64,000 nt of DNA, taken from NCBI RefSeq assembly GCF_009914755.1, contig NC_060929.1; one strand, given 5' to 3'. Below the pieces are notes generated by a model. That model was not told the origin of the DNA and made no database searches. It was given only the letters and a program-made list of their open reading frames with translations. The position numbers and the translations under genes were made by a program. This document shows positions 12,908 through 25,705 of the stretch, one piece after another. Source of the stretch: the human T2T-CHM13v2.0 reference genome, Homo sapiens. Numbering within the stretch: position 1 is the stretch's first letter; every line of letters begins with the position of its first letter.

Positions 12908-13334
12908 AGAGAATATTAATGATCACCATTAATATAGTGTCTACAATCAATTTATATTCTCCAAGGAGGAGAAACTTATCTTTTTTTCTTAAAACTTATT
13001 TTTTTTCTTAAAATGTAATGAGTTATATTTTTTCTTTTCTCCATTGTCTACTATAAAGATGAAATCATTATTGCATGAACTGTACAGTCAGAAGTATTAT
13101 TATATCTAAGCTTAGAGCAGGTTGTCCAGAGGCTGCTATTATTCCACCAGGGTATAACAGGAGAGATGCAGTTAATTATACATTGCAACTTGCAGTTTCA
13201 AACCTCTGGTACTGGTACATACACATATACACATCTATATATTTAGATGTTTAGGGGTTTTTATCTTGATAAAGGAAAAAAAAAAAACAAGAGAAAAGAT
13301 GAAATAAATGTGTTGATGACAGTTTGTTAATTCT

Positions 13335-13540
13335 GTGCCAGTACCTTGGCTTTAATTACTGTAGCTTTATAATAGTTTCAGTATTTGGAAGGATACTATT
13401 TCTCTCCATATTGTTTATTGCTAGAAATTTTCCTCTATTACTTTTCCAGATAAACTTTAGAAAAATTCGATAACTTCCAAAATAAAAATCTGTTGGGTTT
13501 TTTAAAAATCACGTTGAATTTGCACGCAATTTAGGGAAAA
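13335..13540 (-). mobile_element. Old L1M ORF2 fragment
   Basis: TTAATTACTGTAGCTTTATAATAGTTT...TTCCAGATAAACTTTAGAA...TTGAATTTGCACGCAATTTAGGG; it resumes after 14258. Confidence 0.65.
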
Positions 13541-13547
13541 AAAAGCT

Positions 13548-14258
13548 ATTTTTGTATTATTATACTTTAACTTCTAGGATACAAGTGCAGAATGTGCAGG
13601 TTTGTTACATAGGTATACATGTGCCATGGTGGTTTGCAGCACCCATCAACCCGTCATCTACTAATGTAGATGTTTCTCCTAATGCTATCCCTCCCCTTGC
13701 CCCCCACCCTCTGAAAGGCCCCAGTGTGTGATGTTCCCCTCCCTGTGCCCACATGTTCTCATTGTTCAACTCCCACTTATGAGTGAGAACATGCAGTGTT
13801 TGGTTTTCTGTTCCTGTGTTAGTTCCATCTCACGCCAGTTAGAATGGTGATCATTAAAAAGTCAGGAAACAACAGATGCTGGAGAGGATGTGGAAAAATA
13901 GGAATGCTTTTACACTGTTGGTGGGAGTGTAAATTAGATCAACCATTGTAGAAGACAGTGTGGCGATTCCTCAAGGATCTAGAACCAGAAATACCATTTG
14001 ACCCAGCAATCCCATTACTGGGTGTATACCCAAAGGATTATAAATCATTCTACTATAAAAACACATGCACACATATGTTTATTGCAGCAGTATTCACAAT
14101 AGCAAAGACTTGGAATCAACCCAAATACCCATCAATTATAGACTGGATAAAGAAAGTGTGGCACATATACACCATGGAATACTATGGAGTCCTAAAAAAG
14201 AATGAGTTCGTGTCCTTTGCAGGAATATGGATGAAGCTGGAAACCATCATTCTCAGCA
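13548..14258 (-). mobile_element. 5'-truncated L1PA7/8-like element with twin-priming inversion
   Basis: 13548-13824 is the L1 3' UTR on the minus strand. 13825-14258 is the ORF2 C-terminus on the plus strand (ORF 13958-14326, MWRFLKDLEPEIPFDPAIPLLG...). Confidence 0.92.
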
Positions 14259-15371
14259 GAAAATCTCTATTTTCACAATATTGTGATGAGGTGTTGGTAA
14301 GACATTTATTTGGTGATGGCCACTGAAGCACATGAGAGATACAGGAACTAGTAACAAAGATCTGGACATCATTAGTCTTGAGCTGATAGTTGAAGTCATA
14401 GAAAGATACATTTTATCTCAACTTAAAAACAATTATCATCAAGTTTTGTGCATCCTAATTCCCACAATCTTCTATTCACATGTAATCTACTTATGGTGCC
14501 CATTATTCATATCATACCAGCAGCCTTAAGAATATACAAAGTGTTTTACATTAAATAACCCCAGAACTGAATCCCAAAACTATAAAACTTTATATTTTCT
14601 GACTTTCTGACTAATTTAATGTTTTCTGCATTTTCTTTTTCTTCATCATCACCTTGCTGGCCTAATTTCTTCAGGTGGCACTTTTTGTTAGATGAGCTGG
14701 CTTAGTCTAAGCATTTGATTTTAAAGCTTAGAGCAATCTAAGGGTTTCTAAAGCATTCTTAGGTCCACTACTGGACTATAATATATCATGTAGGTAATGA
14801 AGTATTGCTTGGAGTGTGCAATGTACCCAAGGGAAATCATTTTTAAAGGCAGATATTAAAAGGTTTTCTTGGTAGAGGATTTATGGATTCTTTCCAAAGA
14901 GCTTAGCAAGTTAAGTTATATTTTAAATGGGGAAATAAGAAACAATTACAAAACAATTTTACTTTACCCTACAAGATTCAAATCCAACTTCTCAACTAGA
15001 TTATATGACAGAGTATATATGTGATTATGCCATTTAATTATAATTTAAATGTTTTTAAGTCACAGGAACAATCTCTATTACAAAGAGGTTGCTTAAATAA
15101 TTACTTATATAATTACTTTTCCCATTTTTAAATGAAATCTTCATATTTAGATGAGAAAAATTTCAGGAAATTCCCATTGTGATAAAAAGTCATTATAAGG
15201 TTTGTGTAAAGCAAGCAGCAGTGAAGTCCTTTCATATCATGCTCTCACTCTCTCTTCTCCTCTTTTTCCCTCTCTCTCTCTCCAATGTATCCCAAAATTG
15301 CATTTGAAAATCTTTTACTGTATAGCTGTCTTTCCAAAAATGCTTAAACATGTTTGATAGTGATGATTCAG

Positions 15372-15555
15372 ACTCATTTGTTCATGTATTCCTTCATTCA
15401 ACATTTATTGGGTGCCTATTACGTCCCAGGCAATATCCCAGGTAGTGGGGATATAATGTACAAATGCCTCAGAGAGCTTATATTTCTGTAGGTGAGACAA
15501 ACAGTAAGTGATGAAATATAAATTATGCACATATAATTTTAGGTAGTGATAAATT
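15372..15555 (-). mobile_element. L2 3' fragment
   Basis: TTCATTCAACATTTATTGGGTGCCTATTACGTCCCAGGCAATATCC. Confidence 0.7.
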
Positions 15556-16299
15556 ACATATATACATACTCTTTTTCTCTGTACTTATAATTTTATTTAT
15601 GATAGATATTATACAGAAAATAAAGCAGGATACAAGGGACAAAGACAGACCTATATGATCAGGGTTGCTAAATACACAGCTTTGCTCTCATGCCTCCAAA
15701 GTTATGCAGATCAGCAAGAAGAACAAATAAACCATCTACAACTTAAGTTCTCATCATAATTAAGATAGCAAGATACAAAACCTCAGGGAATACTTTAGTC
15801 AAGTTTTCTTCCTGTGGCACCAACTAAAAATGAGCCTCATCCAGTCAAGAGATGAATGAGGAGTCTTTGGCAAAAGGTTTTGCAGTGACCAATGAAATAC
15901 ATTAAAAACAAAGATGGGACAAGTGTGGAAGAATTGTATAAAAGGACATGTTTTGACAATCTAGAAATAGCAAACTTAAGAAATGGAGAAGAGACAGAGA
16001 AAGATAAAACCGGAATCGCTCTTTGATTGTCGTGTAATTGTTGGGAGGCAAAGGCTCTAGTTTAAGGCTGACAAACCAAATAGTAGAATGTTAAGGGAAC
16101 TAAGAACTAGGTCATTATGAAAGGTAAAGAGTAAAACTAATGACTGCAACAAGCCATCTTAATTAACAAAATTTTTTTTAAAAAGAGCAAGGAAACATTA
16201 TTTGGAGAATTAAATATGGTAAATACAATGCCATGGTAAATATAACCCAAAATATTATGACAGATTTGAGATCAAGCATATTTGCCATATCAATACTAT

Positions 16300-16870
16300 A
16301 TGGTCACATCACCTGTTAAGAAGAAAAGGGTTTCAGAATGGCTGACAAAGTAAAACCTAACTCTTTTTTTTTTTTTTTTTTTTTTTTTTGAGACGGAGTC
16401 TCGCTCTGTCACCCAGGCTGGAGTGCAGTGACGCAGTCTCGGCTCACTGCAAGCTCCGCCTCCCGGGTTCACGCCTTTCTCCTGCCTCAGCCTCTCCGAG
16501 TAGCTGGGACTACAGGCGCCCGCCACCACGCCCGGCTAATTTTTTTGTATTTTTAGTAGAGACGGGGTTTCACCGTGGTCTCGATCTCCTGACCTCGTGA
16601 TCCACCCGCCTTGGCCTCCCAAAGTGCTGGGATTACAAGCGTGAGCCACCGCGCCCGGACCTAAACCTAACTCTTACATGGTTGATAAGAGGCACACCAA
16701 ACAAAGAGACTTAGAAAGGCTAAAATAAAGGTATCAACAGAGATACGTAAGGCAGACGCTGACCAAAAACAACTAGAAGTTTTGATCTAGTTTACACACA
16801 AAGTAGACTTATAGCCCAAACCTACAGAATGGGATAAATAAAACATTTCATAATACCAAAGACCTCTATT
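16300..16870 (+). mobile_element. Old L1M ORF2 endonuclease-region fragment, interrupted by an Alu
   Basis: Degenerate match to the L1 EN region (CAGAATGGCTGACAAAGTAAAACCTAAC...AAAGTAGACTT...CATTTCATAATACCAAAG). Confidence 0.55.
16364..16660 (-). mobile_element. Young AluY of the Yd lineage (12-bp left-arm deletion; Yd3a1-like)
   Basis: Sense strand reads GAGATCGAGACCACGGTGAAACCCCG, CACGCTTGTAATCC and ACTCGGAGAGGC. Many CpGs are intact, the tail is a pure 26-T run, and the TSD AAACCTAACTCTT lies at 16353-16365 and 16663-16675. Confidence 0.9.
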
Positions 16871-16873
16871 TTT

Positions 16874-17110
16874 CAGCATGGTGACTATAACTAATCATAA
16901 TGTACTTTGTATTTGACAGTTGCTAAGAGAGTAGATCTTAAATGTTCTCACCACATACACAAAAAATAAGTATGTGAGGTGATGGATATGTTAATTATCT
17001 TGAATTAACCATTCCATAATGTATACATATATCAAAACACCATATTGTATGCCCAAAATGTGTACATTTGTATCTGGCAATTAAAAACATTTTAAAAAAT
17101 AAAAATAAAA
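16874..17110 (+). mobile_element. L1MA (MA8/9-like) 3' end
   Basis: TTGCTAAGAGAGTAGATCTTAAATGTTCTCACCAC...TATGTGAGGTGATGGATATGTTAATTA, followed by an A-rich tail. Confidence 0.8.
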
Positions 17111-17356
17111 ATGTAATGCTAAAGTCAATAAGTCACAATAAAGTTATAGCAGTTTTTAATATCTCGCCTCAAATAACATAAACATGTTTATAAAGTAGAA
17201 ATACACAGAAACATACTAGTAATACTCTAAAAGATAGGTTAAGTGGATAAAAATGAAGTAAGCATATACATTATAAGAGGAAATGACACAAAGGTGAGGA
17301 GAGGGGACAGAGGGTGACTGTGGGAGTCCCTTTAGAATGAGTGGTCAGGGCTCGAC

Positions 17357-17973
17357 TGGTGGGAACATAAACCAGTACAACCACTATGGAAAACAGTGTG
17401 GAGATTCCTTAAAGAACTAAAAGCAGAACCACCATTTGATCCAACAGTCCCACTACTGGGTATCTACCCAGAGGAAAAGAAGTCATTATACCAAAAAGAT
17501 ACTTGCACACGCATGTTTATAGCAGCACAGTTCACAATTGCAAAATCGTGGAACCAACTCAAATGCCCATCAAGCAACTAGTGGATAAAGAAACTGTGGT
17601 ATATTTATAAGATGGAATACTACTCAGCCATAAAAAGGAATGAATTAACAATGTTTTCAGCAACCTGGATGAGATTGGACACTATTATTCTGAGTGAAGT
17701 AACTCAGGAATGGAAAACCAAACATTGTATGTTCTCACTGATATGTGTGAGCTAAGCTATGAGGACACAAAGGCATAAGACTGATACAATGGACTTTGAG
17801 GACTTTGGGGGGAAGAATGGGAAGGGGGTGAGGTTTATCTAAAAGACTACAAATAGGGTGCAGTGTATACTGCTCAGGTGATGGGTGCACCAAAATCTCA
17901 CAAATCACCACTAAAGAACTTACTTATGTAACCAAATACCACCTATACTCCAATAATTTATAGAAAAAAAAAA
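17357..17973 (+). mobile_element. L1PB 3' end (ORF2 C-terminus + 3' UTR)
   Basis: ORF 17396-17581 [16 protein letters not shown]...; GGGTGCACCAAAATCTCACAAATCACCACTAAAGAACTT; poly(A). Inserted into an L2. Confidence 0.9.
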
Positions 17974-17975
17974 AG

Positions 17976-18325
17976 GAAAGAGTATTCGGGGAAGGACTTT
18001 CCAAAGAGATGACATTTGAGAGAGATCTGAATGACGATGTGTGCATCATGTGAAGATTGGAAGAACAACATTTGAACTTAGAGAGCAGCAGTACAATAGC
18101 TCTTAGGAGAGAAAAGACCTGGAGTTCTCACAGATCCGCAGGAAGGTCACTAGCATTTAAGCAAAGTTAGAAAGGGAAAGAATGGCAGATGGTGAGGTGG
18201 GAGAAGCAGACAAGGGCCAGACCATAATAGGCCTTATATATAGGCTGTGCTGAGAAGGTCTGATTTTATTCTAAGTGCCAAAGGAATCCTCTGGAGGATT
18301 TCAAGGAGAAGAGTGACATGATCTC
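17976..18325 (-). mobile_element. L2 fragment
   Basis: GAGATGACATTTGAGAGAGATCTGAATGA...GATTTTATTCTAAGTGC...GAAGAGTGACATGATCT. Confidence 0.7.
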
Positions 18326-18679
18326 ACAGAATGTACCTTCACACAAGATAGACTTTTATTCTGTTTTTCTCTTAGTTTTATCCCCCCTAAAATTGCTGTT
18401 GTTTGTCCATGCTATGCTTTTTCTTTAACTGCTAGTTTTATCCTTAACATAAATTATGGAAAGTATTCAATGCAATAAATCTAGTTTGTGAAAAGGCCCA
18501 TGAAAAATTTATTTTTAAATGCAAAAAGTAAGCCACCAGAATAAAAATTAGCTACGTTTTTATCTCAGAGTGATGATAGCTCCAAAACTAATTAGTGAAA
18601 GAAGGGGACACTGTATATCACTGCACACTTAAAAATACAGAGAAAGGAAAGAAAGTTTGGGAAGAATAAAACTGCTTCA

Positions 18680-19019
<340 letters not shown>

Positions 19020-19130
19020 TTAGAAATGAGAAAGGAGAACTTTACTTTTAAACAATCAGTAGAATATGATTTAGCAGCCTACTGGAAATTATGCCATGGT
19101 TAATGAAAAGATAAAAACATTCCTTATTGT

Positions 19131-19676
19131 TTGCATCAGTTATCTCTTACAGCCTAACCATGGTAAGGTTTAGTGGCGTAAAATGACAATTTCCTTAGCC
19201 TACTATTCTGTGGGTCAGCAATTTGGACTGGGTTTAGCTGGGTGGCTCTTCTGGTCCTGATTAGATTCTCTAATCATGATGCATCTGTGATCAGCAGCAG
19301 GGTAGCACTACTTCTGAGAGTTAATTGGCTATTGTCTGGGCAGTGGAGCAATAAGGCAATGGGGTTACTGAGCCAAGTGTATTTCATCATCTAGCAGACC
19401 ACCCTGGGTTTGTCTAGATGAAGATTTGCCAAAATTTTGAGAGAGGGAGGAAGCATGCAAGGCTTCTTAAGATCTAGACTCAGAACTGGAACATTATCAC
19501 TGTAGTCATTTGTATTGGCCAGAGCAAGTCGCAAGTCCAGCCCAAATTCAAAGGAGTAGGGAAATAGCTGTCACTTCTATGACAGGAGAGATGGGAGAAG
19601 CCACAAAGTCACATCATAAAAGGGGAATGAAGACGGGTAGGTTTTGAAAATCATGGCTATTTTCGCAATCTACCAT
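19131..19676 (-). mobile_element. MLT1H-like MaLR LTR
   Basis: Reverse complement begins TGGTAGATTGCGAAAATAGCCA; internal TTCTGTGGGTCAGCAATTTGGACTGGG and CTCAGAACTGGAACA. Confidence 0.75.
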
Positions 19677-20384
19677 GTTAGGCAAAAAAACTTTTATAAT
19701 CACACAGTGAATTAATCACATAGGAAAACAATTCTCAATACTGCTGTTTGAGATATATACATATGCCCATGCATGTGCAGATATGTAGGTATATACATAT
19801 ATACACATGCACATATATAAATTATATGTCCAAATTATGTGTTTTTATTTCAAATTTTAAAATATACTGAAGTGAAATTATATGTCTTCTTCTGAAAGAG
19901 GTAATGCCTTCACTATATGCTTTTTCTTTGGTTCCTTTGAGAATATGCCTGGCACACAATAAACTCTCAACAGAGATTGGATGACCAGTTATTTGCAGGC
20001 ATCATGTAATCTTTTTCTCCCTTTCGCCCCAGAGGAAAAATAAGCAATCTTTTATTTTTATATCACTCATTTGCCAATGAAAGGAATAGACTTCATTGCT
20101 TTTCTAAATAGCAGATACTGTATCCCTCCAGAATCTGAAGTAAGTAGAATATTCAGTTATGCTCTTGTGTTTATACCAAGAAAACAGTTAGTTTTCTACT
20201 TTCCTCCAGTAGAACCAAGCTTCATTTCCCCCACTGATTTTCTTATAGAAAAGAAAGTAAGTCTGAAAACTTGTCAATATTAAACTTTCAAAGAAATAAT
20301 AAAATTAATTTTTTCTCAAGCAGCTGAAAAATGGTTGTAATCCCCTGACCATCAGTCTTATGATGATCCCTTTTTTTCTTAAGC

Positions 20385-20678
20385 TTGTTTTGTTTTGAGA
20401 CGAGGTCTGGCTCTATCGCCCAGGCTGGAATGCAGTGACATGATCTCGGCTCACTGCAACCTCTGCCTCCTGGGCTCAAGCCATCCTCCCACCTCAGGCT
20501 CTTGAGTAGATGGGACTACAGGCACATGCCACCATGCCTGGCTAATTTTTGTGTTTTTTGTAGAGACAGCGATTTGGTCATGTTGCCCAGGCTAGTCTTG
20601 AATTCTTGAACTCAAGCAATCCGCCCGCCTCGGCCTCCCAAAGTGCTGGGATTACAGGTGTGAGCCACCACACCTGGC
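20385..20678 (-). mobile_element. AluJ
   Basis: GGGCTCAAGCCATCCTCCCACCTC and ACTCAAGCAATCC (J-type diagnostics); flanking TTTTCTTAA direct repeats. Confidence 0.92.
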
Positions 20679-21199
20679 TTTTCTTAAATTCCTAATACAG
20701 CAATTACCTTGGGATGAAGAAATAAAACAAAACAAAGCAAACAAACAAAAAATTTAATACCCCCTTCCTATCTATGCAAGGTAGATAGATGTGAACCATA
20801 TTAGATGATTGCCTAAGCCCATGATATTTTAGCAGTGCATTATGGAAATTCTAATTGTTATTTCTTGCCTGGGATTTGAAAAGTAAAAGATGAAATAGTC
20901 CCTGAGACTGACAGTTACTATGTGGTATAAACTTCCATCATGAGAAGTATAATATTTATTCTTCTTCCCATTCACTCCCACCCCAAGCCATGCAGAAACA
21001 ACATGAGAGGAGGACGTAAATAGACTTGCAAAGATGTCTCATCCTGTTGCCTGGAGTTGGAGGGATATATCTCATATATTTTCCATACCATATTGTATTT
21101 TTTAAGAACAAAAATTTGGCAAATATTCTTTATTTTGATCTGCCAATGGCAGCCCCATTTTATCACATGAATCAGATGAGAGAAGGAGCCCACATTAGT

Positions 21200-21560
21200 C
21201 AGTGTAATTAATGCCAACAAGATAGACCAACGCTGATTAGTGACTTAAAGGAATATATGGTTATTTCTTTATCTGAAGCAGGTTGGGTAGCCCTTTTGTA
21301 TGGTTTTCCTTGAAGCTCAAGGCTGCAGGCTACTTCCATCTTTCAAGTCTGCCATTTTAGATTCCTTTATTTTAATCATAAGGAAAAAAGAGAGAGCATG
21401 GAGAGGGCGCACTCTTACCTGGCATGGACTGAAAGTGAGACCTCACTATTGTCAAATCCCATTGGCAAGAGTGAGTCATAGGACCCATCTACCATGGATG
21501 CTTGAAGCTGGGGGAATGCAGAGGAGCACATGCAAATTAGGTGGGAACTAACAGCCTCTC
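21200..21560 (-). mobile_element. Degraded MLT1 (J/K/L-like) LTR fragment
   Basis: TCAAGGCTGCAGGCTACTTCCATCTT...CCCATTGGCAAGAGTGAGTCATAGGACCC. Confidence 0.5.
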
Positions 21561-23216
21561 TCACACAGAGAGGTATGCAGACAAGCTTGATTAACACGGA
21601 CTCTATCAAAATCAAAACATGATAGTGTTCCTGCCTCCCCAAAATTCATCTCTTATTTTAAGGTCCTATTAAAGTATTAATTGTGGGTATTTCATTTCTT
21701 TCAGGAAATAAACATGGGATATTCATTATGTGAAAAAAAAGAAACTAGAATATATCTTAAAGTATAGTCATGTCTCATGGGCTTTTCATTAGAATTTTGT
21801 GACCTACTGCAGGTATTATTATACTCAGTAAAATAAGCAAACTCAGGAATTATAAATGACTGCATCAAAATATCACTTGAAATCATGTGCCGATATCTTT
21901 TTTTCTTCCATGGTATTTCTAATATACATTTCCATGTTTATAATATGCCATTCATAGCAGACAGTCTGTAGCAACCCAAAGGAATTGTTAATTTCCTGGA
22001 ACCAAACATTGGCTGCTTAAAGATATTCTTTGTTTACATTTTTTTCATATTTGCTATTGCATGCCTGACTAAGTGGCTCCAATAATTTAAGGGTTAAAGA
22101 CCCATTGGAGCAAATGACAATGCAGCTGATTGATTAGAGAAGTCCTAGATGAAATAGATCTAGCTTTGATCAAACACACAAGATCTGTCTCTCAATTGAT
22201 GACCTGCCTGTATCTAGTGTGGTGGCAATGCTTGAGAGCAGGGACACTGCAAGATAGGTCTTAAAGGTTAGACAAGGCTAGTTTACTGAATCCATTAACC
22301 CTATTTCTAAGAGCTGCTAATTGCTGGAACTATTGGCCCTGTCTTACCTCCCTTTTCCTTAGCTTCCTCTGAAGCTCACATGATATTATTATGTATGCAC
22401 ACTGAGGAAGAGATGGACAGAGGGGTTAGAGAACGCATGCAAAACAGAATGAACAGTTGTAAAAGCAAAAAGAAACTAGAATATTAATCATTTTTAGTGT
22501 GAGCAGGAAAAGACTTAGCAGAGGTAAATATTCAGGGAAGAGATACTTAATCCTTCTCACTGCTCATTCTCTCCCACATCCCAGGTCCTTATTTGATGGA
22601 ATCAGGTCAGGAGTGATGAGATCTTTTTTAGAAGGGAGGTCCTTTTTAATTTAGTCTTTTACATCAGCTCTTGTGGGAGGTCTCCTTTAGGTCTTAGATC
22701 CTGCTCACTCTCTCTATTTCTGGATAGTGGGGAAGAGGATATTGTGCCCTTTTCTTGGAAATTATTAGACTCTGGAAGGGGCAAAATTGTAGATAGAGCA
22801 GAGAAAGCAGAGCTGACTGCTGCCAATTTGTCAGAGCCCATGGAGACAGGAAAGGAGGCGGCAGAAATAGAGGGGTGTGCTGTTGTTCAATAATACAAAA
22901 TTATGATTGTAGAGTTTTCTTCATGCTGATTCCTTTCACAGAACATGCTGAACTTGAATAAGCCTTACAGCAGATTCTTCCTCTGGTGAGAAGGAGGGGT
23001 TGAAGGAAAAAATCATAGTCATATAAATTATATTATTTATATCCATACTGATATAGTTATTAAACACCAAGCCAAGTATATTAAAATTAATTCTTACAGC
23101 AACCACATGGGGAAGGTATTAATAAGACCATTTATCAGCTAAGAAAGCAGAAGATAAATAATTGGCCCAAATGTCGTATATCTTATAAAAAAGATCTGAG
23201 ATTCAAATCCATTGAG

Positions 23217-23522
23217 CTGGATGAATCTCAGAAACATGCAAAACAAAGAAAGCCAGACACAGAAGAGAATATACCACAAGATACCATTTACATGAAATTC
23301 AAGGACAGACAAAAAGTAAGCTGTGGTGATAGAAACCAGATCAGCAGTTAATTGGGTGAGGGGTAGGAGGGGATTGATTTCAAAGGGGTATGAGGGAACT
23401 CTTTTTGGATGATGGATATGCTCTATTTCTTAATTGTGGTAGTTCAATTATGTTTGTCAGAACTTATTGAACTGTATGTAAAAATGGATGTCTTTTATTG
23501 CATGTAAGTTTTAACACAATGA
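23217..23522 (+). mobile_element. L1ME/MC 3' end
   Basis: TGGATGAATCTCAGAAACATG...AAAGCCAGACACAGAAGAG...CCATTTACATGAAATTCAAG...TTTTATTGCATGTAAGTT. Confidence 0.75.
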
Positions 23523-24169
23523 AGGCTATGATCCTGTCAATGTTGTATCTTCTTCCCTCAAGGAGAATATAAGCACGGAATTGCTTGCCATTGAAGAAAG
23601 AGCTGTTTATGTTTCTTTTGTGTCAATAATATAAATAGTACTTCTGCATTTTTCTAGTTAACTACTGAACATTTCATTGTATTTAATTAATAGGGACAGA
23701 AAAGTTATGTCTAAATATACAAAGTATGCAAAGTGAAGAATCCAGGCATTCCTTCGCTTCTTTTTTTTTTCAAATTAAAAAGAAAGCATGGTTTAGAGAA
23801 TTAAAATATTCAAATGATTGCTTTAATTTTTGCTTTTATCTGTAGACATTATATATGTAAAGATAAGGCTTTGTTGACCACTGCCTAGGCGACCCCACTG
23901 GCAAATGTGTATTATAAAATTCATACCAATTCATATCAAAGGGATAGAATTAGTAGATCCATCCTTGGGCAGACATTCTGTCCTGTAAACACATTTCAAA
24001 AAGTGATTTTGGATAAAAATTTCTTTATCATTTGTTGAAAAATTAATTTTGATCATCTTACTCCTAAGAATTTCAAGTTTAAAATATTAAAATGTAACTA
24101 AATTCATTTGGATGAAATAGAAGGGAAAGATTTATTCAAATGTAACTATTAGCTAAAAGTAAATGTTAC

Positions 24170-25290
24170 TTGGGCAAAAGAGCTGAACAGACACTTGACC
24201 AAAGATGACATTCAGATGGCCAATAAGGGTAAGAAAAGTTGCTTATCATCATTAGTTATTAGGGAAATTCAAATTAAACCATAGTGGGATACCACCACAC
24301 ACATATTAGAATGGATGCAGTAGAAAACAAAAATTAAAAAATGAAAACAAACAAAAAACGGCAAAAAGCTGAAAATGATAAGAACTGGCAAACTTGCAAA
24401 GCAATTGGTGGCAGGAGTGTGAAATAGTATGGCCATCCTGAAAAACCCTTTGGCACTTTCTTATAAAACTAAGCAAGTGCATGTTTTATATCTTCTTAGT
24501 ATCGTAATAGTGCTTTGCCTGTGATAGGCTTTCCATAGATGTATTTTAGAATAACGAGATGAATGCATGACATTTCATTCTATTTTACATATTTTGGAAT
24601 AGGGACCTTTGATAAGTTTATTTTTCCTAAAACCCCATGAAGTCATGGAATTACACTTATAGAAATTCAGCGCAGTCCAGCAATCAATTGCTGAACATTT
24701 ATCCCAGAGGAATGAAAACTTATATTTTCATAGAAATCTGTACGTACGTATTTATAACAGCATTATTTTTAATAGCTTCAAACTGGAAACAACCTAGATT
24801 TCCTTCAATAGATGAATCATTAAACAAATGTGGCAAATCCATACTATCGAATACAACTGAGCGATAAAGAGAAATGCACTATTGATAACACAGTAACCTG
24901 GATGAATCTTCAGGGAATTATGCTGAGTGAAAAGGCCAATCTCCAAAGGTCATATATTATATGATTCCATTAATATAATATTCTTGAAATGGTAAAATTA
25001 TAGAAATGGCGAACCATTTCAGAATAGCGGTTGCTAGGGGTCAGGACAGAGGAGCAGGGAGGCAGTGGAGGTGGCTATAAAAGGGCAACATGAGTAATCA
25101 ACATGAGGGTGATGGGAATGCTCTGTAACATTTGACTGTATCAATGTCCATATCCAGGTTGTGATACTGTACTATAGATTTGTAAGATGTTACCATTAGG
25201 GGACACTAGGTGAGGGGTACACAGGATCTCTTTATATCATTTCTTAAAACTGCATGTGAATCTACATTTAATTCAAAATAAAACATTTAA
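24170..25290 (+). mobile_element. L1MC1/2-like 3' portion, interrupted at 24481-24668
   Basis: TGGGCAAAAGAGCTGAACAGACAC...; resumes with CCAGCAATC...ATTTATCCCAGAGGAATGAAAAC; ends CTGCATGTGAATCTACA...AAAATAAAA. Confidence 0.85.
24484..24668 (+). repeat. Derived copy of a ~190-bp direct duplication (donor 26308-26498)
   Basis: Shared blocks ATGTATTTTAGAA, TATTTTACATATTT, GGAATAGGGA, CTTTGATAAG and ATGAAGTCATGGAAT. Confidence 0.92.
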
Positions 25291-25299
25291 TTTTGATAA

Positions 25300-25705
25300 A
25301 GTACATTAAATCATGTTGCTCTCCTGCAAACCATCTAGTAGCTTCCCATAATATACTAAGAATCCAAAACTCCTCAATGTTGCCTAATAGGACTTGCAGG
25401 AGCTGGCTCCTGACGTCCCTTCCCAGCTCATTTCCTACTATTCTCCCTCTGGCTGACTTTGCTCCTAACCACACTTGGCTTCTTTTGGTTTCTCAAATAC
25501 TCCAAAGGTGTTCCCACCTTAGGATCTTGGCGCTGGATGCCTCCAGCCTCTGAAATATGTTTCTCCCAGATCATAGTCTAGTTTACTCCCTCCCTTAATA
25601 TAGTTGCTCTAACGTCACCTCCTTAATCTCACTCCCTTAATGTTATTTGCTAAAATATCACTTCCTGAAAAAGGACTTCCCTGACCAGTTTGTCTAAAAC
25701 AGCAC
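25300..25705 (+). mobile_element. L2 fragment
   Basis: AATCATGTTGCTCTCCTGCAAACC...AATCCAAAACTCCTC...GGACTTCCCTGACCA. Confidence 0.75.

Noticed and set aside
13958-14326. 122-aa ORF as a host gene
   Set aside because: It is the L1 ORF2 C-terminus reading into flanking DNA. The same applies to 17396-17581 and 24637-24867.
16296-16600. ORFs such as [11 protein letters not shown]... and [14 protein letters not shown]...
   Set aside because: These are standard Alu translations. The same applies at 4101, 4532, 20288, 36812, 42906, 43069 and 61532.
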